From assembly GCA_020848995.1 (NCBI GenBank), contig JADLHA010000015.1, positions 9,229 through 73,228 of the forward strand: a stretch of DNA of 64,000 nucleotides. Direction: 5' to 3'. Below the pieces are notes generated by a model. The model was not told the origin of the DNA. It did no database searches and saw only the letters and a list, made by a program, of their open reading frames with translations. This DNA is from Saprospiraceae bacterium (GTDB lineage Bacteria; Bacteroidota; Bacteroidia; Chitinophagales; Saprospiraceae). A program made the translations under genes and the position numbers. Shown here piece by piece: positions 30,013 through 36,930 of this stretch; within the stretch, counting starts at the first letter, position 1; each line of letters starts with the position of its first letter.

Positions 30013-31928
30013 GGTTTCCGGGATTCAAGTTCAGCAATGCGCCTTTCGAGTTTTTGGATCAACTCTTGTTGCTCCTGAATGGCTTTGACGAGGAAAGGCG
30101 TGATCTCCGAATAATTTACCGCATAGCTCTGCTGCACTGGAGAAGACCTCTCGCCACCTTCCCGTTTCGAAACGCTCACCTCTGGCTTTCGAACGACTTC
30201 GGGAAGGACGTTTTCGAGTTCCTGGGCAAGAAAGCCCGTATGCAGGTAGGTATCGCCCTCTTTCCAATGGTAGGACACAGGCTTCATCCGCATCACTTTA
30301 TCCAATGCAGACCCAAGGGGTTGGATGTTCTTTTTTAAACGGGCATCAGAGGTTTGGTTGAGTCCGTTTACGCTCCATATTTCAGACCACCGGTAATTGC
30401 TCGATCCCAGCCGGGTCATATTGTGGAAATTCGGACCGAATTCGGTGGTTGCATGGAAATAACCCACATGGCCAATGCCATTTACCGTAAAGGTCAGCGA
30501 GTTGTTGTTGCCTTTCATCCCGGCCCCGGTGGCACTAAACCGCAGTTCGTTTGTCAAAATGCGGAGTCCCTGGTATTCAATGCCTCCTGCAACAGGAGTC
30601 CAGGGATTGCTGTCCTTATCGGGTGCTGCTTCCCACTGCTGGTTATTAAATGGGAACCATTTCAAAACGTAGCCTTGGGTAGGGGCCTGCGCGCTCACCG
30701 GTTTGCCCTGCAATTGGATGGCGTTCCAGAGTGCGCTGGTATTTTGGGCACTGATCACATTGGAAGCAATCGCAATTCCAGTACCCGCCGTGTAGGTCCC
30801 GGGAGGGCCGGGAGGGCCTTGAGCTCCCTGAGGCCCAATGGGGCCCGTGGCGCCCTGTGGACCCGTAGCACCCTGGGGACCTGTGGCACCCTGTGGACCC
30901 GTGGCGCCCTGTGGGCCAGCCGTCCCTTGTGGTCCCTCAGGCCCTTGGATCCCTGCCGGGCCAGTTGGCCCCTCCTGTCCCTGTGGACCCTGAGCGCCCG
31001 TTTCTCCCTGGGGGCCCTGGATTCCCTGTGGTCCCTGAGGGCCGGCGGGACCTTGAATTTGCCCGATTGCCGTCCAATCGGTCCCATTCCAGACATGACC
31101 AGTACCGGTATCTTCCGCAATGAACATATCCCCAACATTGCCTCCGTAATTCGCATCAAGGCTGTCCACACTGGGTACGGTTCCAATGATCATGACGCCG
31201 GAACCATCCTCACCGGGTTCCCCTTGAGGCCCTTGAAGGCCTTGAGGGCCGGCAATGCCTTGTTCTCCCTGAATGCCTTGTTCTCCCTGTATCCCCTGTG
31301 GGCCGGCGGGTCCCTGTGCACCCTCATTGCCGGCGGGTCCCGGGTCGCCTTTGGGACCTTGAGGTCCTGCCGGACCAGTCTCCCCCTGCGGACCAGGGAT
31401 TCCCTGTGGGCCGGGGTCTCCTTTGATTCCCTGCTCGCCCTGCAAACCTTGTATCCCCTGAGGTCCCTGCATGCCCACTGCTCCCGCTGGCCCGGTCTCT
31501 CCCTGGATCCCCTGCGGACCCGGCTCCCCCTTATCCCCATTTTCTCCCTTAGGACCGGTAAATGCTGCGCTGTTCACCAAAGACTGGCCGAGGTCCTGGT
31601 AGTTGCCATTTGGCCCGTCGGCACATTGTACACTGAGGTATCTGGGGCCTGCATTCCAGTCAATGGCGCCGATGTCGCCTTGCTCCACCACCCCGCTTCC
31701 AACAAGAACCGATAAAAACCCATAGGCATCCGTTACAGGTTCCTGCCGCTCCCGGTATAACACATCATTTGCCAACCGGTCGGTACTGATAATAAATTTC
31801 AGGTAAACGATCTGGTTTGCCAGAGCTTTACCCGTACCATCGCGCACGATCGACTGGTAATTAAAACCCTGACCGTAAAGTCCTGCATTGCACAGCAGCA
31901 CAATTAGAGCAAAGGCTATTTTTCTCAT
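30009..31928 (-). CDS. Collagen-like triple-helix repeat protein with a C-terminal tail-fibre / peptidase S74 intramolecular chaperone domain
   Basis: ATG 31928 gives the signal peptide MRKIAFALIVLLCNAGLYGQ. There are two G-X-Y runs, 40 triplets at nt 31197-31556 and 28 triplets at nt 30801-31052. The C-terminus carries SDARLKKNIQPLGSALDKVMRMKPVSYHWK...YSEITPFLVKAIQEQQELIQKLERRIAELE. Confidence 0.85.
   Translation of the reverse strand: MRKIAFALIVLLCNAGLYGQGFNYQSIVRDGTGKALANQIVYLKFIISTDRLANDVLYRERQEPVTDAYGFLSVLVGSGVVEQGDIGAIDWNAGPRYLSVQCADGPNGNYQDLGQSLVNSAAFTGPKGENGDKGEPGPQGIQGETGPAGAVGMQGPQGIQGLQGEQGIKGDPGPQGIPGPQGETGPAGPQGPKGDPGPAGNEGAQGPAGPQGIQGEQGIQGEQGIAGPQGLQGPQGEPGEDGSGVMIIGTVPSVDSLDANYGGNVGDMFIAEDTGTGHVWNGTDWTAIGQIQGPAGPQGPQGIQGPQGETGAQGPQGQEGPTGPAGIQGPEGPQGTAGPQGATGPQGATGPQGATGPQGATGPIGPQGAQGPPGPPGTYTAGTGIAIASNVISAQNTSALWNAIQLQGKPVSAQAPTQGYVLKWFPFNNQQWEAAPDKDSNPWTPVAGGIEYQGLRILTNELRFSATGAGMKGNNNSLTFTVNGIGHVGYFHATTEFGPNFHNMTRLGSSNYRWSEIWSVNGLNQTSDARLKKNIQPLGSALDKVMRMKPVSYHWKEGDTYLHTGFLAQELENVLPEVVRKPEVSVSKREGGERSSPVQQSYAVNYSEITPFLVKAIQEQQELIQKLERRIAELESRKP
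30844..30917. repeat. 18-bp tandem repeat x4 encoding (GPQGAT)4 inside the collagen-like gene
   Basis: The units are cccgtggcgccctgtgga, cccgtagcaccctgggga, cctgtggcaccctgtgga and cccgtggcgccctgtggg. A second 18-bp doublet (aatgccttgttctccctg x2) lies at 31253-31288. Confidence 0.8.
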
Positions 31929-31939
31929 TGTAGAAATGA

Positions 31940-32422
31940 TTATGGGTTGACGATTACTTTGGAAAAGAGTTCCCGGCCAGAGCGGCTCAGCAAACGAACC
32001 ACGTAACACCCTGGAGGCAAGGCGGATGTTTCAAAACTGGTAGCTCCCGGTTGTATACGAGGCGCTTTACCGTAAAGATCGTTGAGTACAATGATGTACT
32101 CCCGGATGCCTCCCACTGAAAAGTACAGGCGTTCAGAAGCCGGATTGGGAAAAACTTCAAAAAAAATTGCTTCGGATTCGCCTTCAACGGCAGTAATGAC
32201 GGGGTCAGGCGTAAATGGAGATTCAAACCGGAGACCATTGCAATGACCATAAGCAGGAACCAGGATCCCGGTATTGCTTTGGAAAGTCAATTTACCGCAT
32301 TGTCCTACAAAGTAAGATGTAGACTGAAACCCTGTCAACCTGCACTGCGCTTGCAAAGGAGTCGTCGTAACTAATAACAGCCATGCCAGGATCGGAATGG
32401 GCATTTTGCACATCTCTCTCAT
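31940..32422 (-). CDS. Small T9SS cargo protein (signal peptide, ~60-aa Cys-containing domain, type A C-terminal sorting domain)
   Basis: The CTD reads FFEVFPNPASERLYFSV...CYVVRLLSRSGRELFSKVIVNP. The signal peptide is MPIPILAWLLLVTTTPLQAQ. The start is ambiguous among ATG 32422, 32413 and 32404. Confidence 0.7.
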   Translation of the reverse strand: MREMCKMPIPILAWLLLVTTTPLQAQCRLTGFQSTSYFVGQCGKLTFQSNTGILVPAYGHCNGLRFESPFTPDPVITAVEGESEAIFFEVFPNPASERLYFSVGGIREYIIVLNDLYGKAPRIQPGATSFETSALPPGCYVVRLLSRSGRELFSKVIVNP

Positions 32423-32427
32423 ATGCA

Positions 32428-32435
32428 CAAAAATA
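32428..32435 (-). promoter_or_regulatory. Candidate -7 box (TATTTTTG) ahead of the structural genes
   Basis: It matches TAnnTTTG on the minus strand. It lies downstream of the kinase-stop hairpin and just upstream of the possible starts 32413 and 32404. Confidence 0.25.
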
Positions 32436-32469
32436 CCTTTGACTGTCTTGCTATAAAAAATCAGCACAC

Positions 32470-32506
32470 CACATGATGATGCATCCAATTGTCACATCAT
32501 CATGTG
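32470..32506 (-). promoter_or_regulatory. 12-bp perfect inverted repeat (hairpin) straddling the histidine-kinase stop codon
   Basis: CACATGATGATG (32470-32481) pairs with CATCATCATGTG (32495-32506) across a 13-nt loop that contains the TGA stop. On the minus strand a T6 run follows 9 nt after the stem. Confidence 0.5.
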
Positions 32507-35500
32507 AATTTTGCCTTTTGGATAGAGTGAAGCTGTCTTCGGAGATGAATATTCGATATGAACACTTGTCCCACGCTCATCTGTTTGGATGGAGAGTACC
32601 GCTCCCAAAGCCTTTGCCCGGCTCTTCATGTTCTTTAACCCGTTTCCATGATGCACAATTGCCGGGTCAAAGCCAACCCCGTCGTCGCGAATGTCCGCTA
32701 TGATCTTCCTGTCAACCAGCCTCAGGCTCAATACGACGTTTCGCGCCATCGCGTATTTTGAAATGTTGTTGATGGCTTCTTTGAAAATGAGATAAAAATG
32801 GCGTTTTGCCTCGGGGCTAAGCCGGATGGATTCGGGGATTGGTTCAATCATAAATTTCAGCGCTATCCCGCTCTCTTCAAGCGTTTCGATGGCAAACTCT
32901 TGTATCTTGGTGATTACCTCATTCAAATGGTCGTACTTCGGATTGATGCTCCAAATGATTTCAGACATACTCTGCATGACCTCTCCCAATTTACCGGCAA
33001 TCTTCGAATACACGGGACTTCCGCTCTTGATTGCCTCGAGCTCAGCAAGCATCCTCAATTGTGAAAGATTGCTTCCCATGTCGTCGTGCAGGTCCCTTGC
33101 GATGCCAAAACGGATTTTCTCCAGCTTGATTCTCTGTCCTACACGGTATCTAAATAACGCCAACACGGCTGCAAACACCAGAAAGAAAACCAGCACATAA
33201 AAACCATTTGTATTCCAAAAAGGGGGATGTATGACAAAGTTCAATTTATACATGTTCCTTGCTTGGAGTCCCCTCCAGTTGAAGGCCCTAACCATCAGTA
33301 TGTATTCTCCCGGGCCCAAGCCCTGAAAGACCATCCTGTTCCCTGATAAGGTAGTCCACCCGGGATCAGAAAAGCCCCTCGGGGCTTTGTCAAAAGCGTA
33401 TTGGTAAACGATGTCCTCGGCATTGGTATAATTGCACAAGGTAAAGCTGATCTCTAAAGCATTTTGGTGATAGGCCAGTTCCAACTGCTCATGGCTTCTG
33501 GGCAATCGCTGCAAGGAAAGGTTTCGGACTTCGATGCCGGATAACTTGATGGAATCCAGTTTTCGGAATTGCTCTGCAAGAAAATCCATTTCGATCAGTC
33601 CCCCAATTTGTTCAACCAGCAGCGAGGTTTCATCCCGTGATTTGCACAGGAATGGTCCCGGCAACTGGCTGATGGTAGTATTGTAATAAGCATATTTGCA
33701 CAAGAACCCATTATTCAGGTCCAGGCGATTGATGCCCGCATCTCCGCTGAACCATACGATGGAGTCACTCTCCGCTTCAACATAATAAGCGCATCCCACT
33801 GCCTTACCACCGTTCTCATTGTAATAATGCACGGATGGAGGATAAAAACTCATATCGAAAAGGGCGCCTCCGGATGTAGAACTGACAAAAAAGCGATGAT
33901 CGTTCAATCTGGCAATATCATTCATATTCCGCATCCAAAGCAGGTCAGGATGCGATCGTTCATCGAATGCTACCGCCTCACCGTCAGCAAGATTGTACCA
34001 GACCAAAACCGATCTTCCATTCTCCTGCTTTCTGGTTAGAAATGCCATAGCGGAATCCGAAAGGAATTCAAGACTTCCGGTGAATCTGCTAAGGTTACCA
34101 TTCTCCAGAAAATCATGCAATCGCTTGTCGGGAACGGCTTTCCCCAATTGCTCATCGAAAAAAAACGGACCGTTGAAGGTGGAAAACCATACTTTACCTG
34201 AAGGAGTTTCCGATATATGGTACACCTCACCGGTCGAATCCTTGCCTAGTGCATTGGTTACACGGATCGTCCCGCTCTCCCCGGGGCAATAATACTGCAA
34301 ACCGCTCTTGGTTGAAGTCAACCAAAACCTTCCCCTTGTGTCGAGGTGTATGTTGTGAATGCCCTCATCCGCCTTAACCATTTGGCGCAATGGCTTCGCC
34401 AGGGATATGCATTGGTTTTTCCGAAAATCATAGAGCAGTACCTCCAGATAAGGGTAAAACAAGTATGCCCTTCGCTCATTCGCGTCATCAGGATTTAGCC
34501 AACAAATATTGCGCAAACGCGAATTCCGGTAAACATCAGGAATATTCAGTACAAGGTGTCTGAAGCTTTGTTTGTTGATATCCAGTTTGTGGAGACCCTT
34601 ATACGTTCCTATCCATAATATGCCGTCTTTATCCGGCAAAAAACAGAATCCGGATCCCGGCACATCACTCGCTGTAGCATTTCCTGTCGCTGCATGCAAG
34701 GAAAAAGTTTCCCGTCGCATATTAAAACGCATGATCCCGGAGGTCGTTGCCAGCCAGAGGTCATTACCCGCTTCGTCAAATGGTGAAGGACATATTGACA
34801 GAATCCCTTGCTGCCTGGATTTGTCGTTGCTCCATAGGTATTGTTGTTGATGACCGTCACTGACTCGAAATCGGGTAAGCCCAACGACCCAATTGCCCAC
34901 CCATAGAACGCTGTCAGCCTGCAAATAAGAACAAAAAAACCCAGAACTCGATGCGATCGAAGTATCCCTCCCGATGAGCCGGTACACTTTGTACGTATGT
35001 CGAAATGGATCGTATACATAAATGCCGTATGTTCCGACGAGCAAAAAGGTTCCGTCTTTCAAAATCTCGATCGACATAAAGTTTTGGTGTGGAAGATCGA
35101 GGGGGAAATAAAGCAATTTTTCAGATCCTCCTTTACAGGAATAGAGACCCGTCTTTGTTACCACCCAAAGTATGTCAGCCTGTCCATCGTATTTAAAATG
35201 GTAATAGGATCTCCTCTGTTCTCCGTCGCAAAATTCCGGAGTAACCAGCTTTTGCGTCCCCGGATAATACACATAGAGTTGTCCGTCGATGTTCATCCAA
35301 ATCCTGTCGCGGGCATCGACCAGAAGGTGGGATACGTAGTTTCCCGGGATGTGCGCAGAATCCTTTACCCCAAAGCGGATGGTACTGAAGCGATGGGCAT
35401 CCCATTTAATCAATCCCGATTCTGTACCGAGCCAGAGAAATCCATCGGAGGTTTTTCCCAGACTCATCACCTGTGAAGCAGTAAGGCCTTCCTTGGGCCC

Positions 35501-35617
35501 GAAATGATCGAAATACATGGAACCTGCCTCCTGAGCCTGGAGTGATGGAGTAACGGGCAAGGAAACCCACCATAACACATTAATAGCGAACGCGCTCAAC
35601 AAGGAGCTCAGACTCAT
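32492..35617 (-). CDS. Sensor histidine kinase with periplasmic two-component-regulator beta-propeller repeats and a Y_Y_Y domain, HisKA_3 and HATPase_c
   Basis: ATG 35617 gives the signal/TM segment MSLSSLLSAFAINVLWWVSLPV. It has a Y_Y_Y-like segment (YQYAF...GEYILMVRAFN), a TM helix (FYVLVFFLVFAAVLALF), the H-box ARDLHDDMGSNLSQL, and DDGVGFD / GNGLKNMKSRA. Confidence 0.85.
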   Translation of the reverse strand: MSLSSLLSAFAINVLWWVSLPVTPSLQAQEAGSMYFDHFGPKEGLTASQVMSLGKTSDGFLWLGTESGLIKWDAHRFSTIRFGVKDSAHIPGNYVSHLLVDARDRIWMNIDGQLYVYYPGTQKLVTPEFCDGEQRRSYYHFKYDGQADILWVVTKTGLYSCKGGSEKLLYFPLDLPHQNFMSIEILKDGTFLLVGTYGIYVYDPFRHTYKVYRLIGRDTSIASSSGFFCSYLQADSVLWVGNWVVGLTRFRVSDGHQQQYLWSNDKSRQQGILSICPSPFDEAGNDLWLATTSGIMRFNMRRETFSLHAATGNATASDVPGSGFCFLPDKDGILWIGTYKGLHKLDINKQSFRHLVLNIPDVYRNSRLRNICWLNPDDANERRAYLFYPYLEVLLYDFRKNQCISLAKPLRQMVKADEGIHNIHLDTRGRFWLTSTKSGLQYYCPGESGTIRVTNALGKDSTGEVYHISETPSGKVWFSTFNGPFFFDEQLGKAVPDKRLHDFLENGNLSRFTGSLEFLSDSAMAFLTRKQENGRSVLVWYNLADGEAVAFDERSHPDLLWMRNMNDIARLNDHRFFVSSTSGGALFDMSFYPPSVHYYNENGGKAVGCAYYVEAESDSIVWFSGDAGINRLDLNNGFLCKYAYYNTTISQLPGPFLCKSRDETSLLVEQIGGLIEMDFLAEQFRKLDSIKLSGIEVRNLSLQRLPRSHEQLELAYHQNALEISFTLCNYTNAEDIVYQYAFDKAPRGFSDPGWTTLSGNRMVFQGLGPGEYILMVRAFNWRGLQARNMYKLNFVIHPPFWNTNGFYVLVFFLVFAAVLALFRYRVGQRIKLEKIRFGIARDLHDDMGSNLSQLRMLAELEAIKSGSPVYSKIAGKLGEVMQSMSEIIWSINPKYDHLNEVITKIQEFAIETLEESGIALKFMIEPIPESIRLSPEAKRHFYLIFKEAINNISKYAMARNVVLSLRLVDRKIIADIRDDGVGFDPAIVHHGNGLKNMKSRAKALGAVLSIQTDERGTSVHIEYSSPKTASLYPKGKIHMMM

Positions 35618-35977
35618 TTGCCAATCTATTGAATCCAGGTTCACCGAAGGTGCATGCGATTTCGAATCAGGCAAAGGTACAACTGCGAATTGCCTTCGAA
35701 CACGGGAAAGGCCATTCCCGTCAATTTCAGTAGCCATTTCCGCATTTTGTGACAACGCTCCTTGACCCCGTACGACCGTACCCAACGCGAGCTCATAACA
35801 TCAACCATTGCCCAGGTCTCTTTACGGTCAGAGCAGCATTGGGAAAGCACGCGCAATTTAGATTCTGAAGGTCATCTTCCACATGGCCAGCTTAAAACCA
35901 GCCAATGCAACAACAGGATTGGTATGACCACATATGCCAACGCGTTCGCTATCCAATCTCCCACAAGCGCCGAAGCG

Positions 35978-36634
35978 TCAAAATTTCCCCTCAGGACCTG
36001 GATGCCCTTTACTCTCAATGAATACTTTATGAACAGCCTCGGTAACGGAATGCACATGCAACTTTTCGTATATGCGCTTGACATAACTCCGGATGGTATC
36101 GATGCTCAGACACATCTCATCGGCTGCCATTTTATAGCTCAGTCCACGTGACAGGCACTTCAGCACATCCAGTTCGCGGTCGCTGAGGTTGAAGGACGGC
36201 CTTTCTGCAGGTTTTTCGGCCACAGACAGTTCGAGTACTTTTCGGGCGATGGCCGGGCTCATAGGGGCTCCGCCATCCTTTACTTCTCGAATGCTGCCCA
36301 CCAGATGCCCCAGACTGCTTTTTTTCAACAGATAACCGGTGGCACCTGCCTTTAAAGCCTCGAAAATCCTGTTGTCGTCATCAAATACCGTATTGATGAT
36401 GACTTCGACCTTCGGGAAAGCAGCTTTCACTTCTGCCGTACCTGCGATGCCAGACTTTCCGGGCATGTCAATGTCCATAAGAATTACATCAGGCTGAAAG
36501 GCTCTGGTGTTTTCAATCACATCCATGCAGTTGCCGAATTCGCCGGCCATTTCCAAATCCAGCGTACTTTTAATTACCGACACGAGAACTTCCCGCAGTC
36601 CGACGTTGTCTTCGTAAATGGCTACCTTGATCAC
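35978..36634 (-). CDS. NarL/LuxR-family response regulator
   Basis: The start codon is GTG. The receiver domain has VILMDIDMPGKSG. The C-terminal LuxR HTH reads LSDRELDVLKCLSRGLSYKMAADEMCLSIDTIRSYVKRIYEKL. Confidence 0.9.
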   Translation of the reverse strand: MIKVAIYEDNVGLREVLVSVIKSTLDLEMAGEFGNCMDVIENTRAFQPDVILMDIDMPGKSGIAGTAEVKAAFPKVEVIINTVFDDDNRIFEALKAGATGYLLKKSSLGHLVGSIREVKDGGAPMSPAIARKVLELSVAEKPAERPSFNLSDRELDVLKCLSRGLSYKMAADEMCLSIDTIRSYVKRIYEKLHVHSVTEAVHKVFIESKGHPGPEGKF

Positions 36635-36679
36635 TTACCGTTGTTCTGTAGAATTAAACAACACGAGCATTTGAAATTA

Positions 36680-36687
36680 CAAAGTTA
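36680..36687 (-). promoter_or_regulatory. Candidate -7 box (TAACTTTG) for the response-regulator gene
   Basis: It matches TAnnTTTG 46 nt upstream of GTG 36634. A TTTG lies 16 nt further upstream at 36704-36707 and is a possible -33 element. Confidence 0.3.
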
Positions 36688-36861
36688 TAGGATCCTCTCA
36701 TCCCAAACGCGGCCATACACCACATATTCATGTGAAATCCTTAACTGTGAGGGGAGCAGCTTCTGATGTTTGGCCAAAGTAAAAAAGCAAAGGCTTGGGC
36801 AGACGACACCTTTGGCCAGCGTATATCGTAACTACCGTCAGTTTTGGTAGTTATTAAAACG

Positions 36862-36891
36862 AACCGCGCTCCGTGTAGACGGAGCGCGGTT
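36862..36891 (-). terminator. Rho-independent terminator of the M16 peptidase gene
   Basis: AACCGCGCTCCG-TGTAGA-CGGAGCGCGGTT forms a 12-bp GC-rich stem. On the minus strand it is followed by CGTTTTAATAA. Confidence 0.6.
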
Positions 36892-36930
36892 GAATAAACG
36901 TTCGTTAGTTTTTTGCAGTTGAGATACCAG

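Noticed and set aside
30354-31715. A 453-aa plus-strand ORF, with several 76-143-aa ORFs, lies antisense to or out of frame with the collagen-like gene.
   Set aside because: These ORFs are a by-product of the 9-bp G-X-Y codon periodicity, which removes stops in other frames. Their translations are low-complexity R/P/L/G strings. The minus-strand frame has a signal peptide, clean G-X-Y runs and an S74 domain.
35618-35785. A longer start for the histidine kinase (MGTVVRGQGAL...).
   Set aside because: The 56-aa extension has no features. Kinases of this architecture start with the signal/TM segment found at Met 35617.
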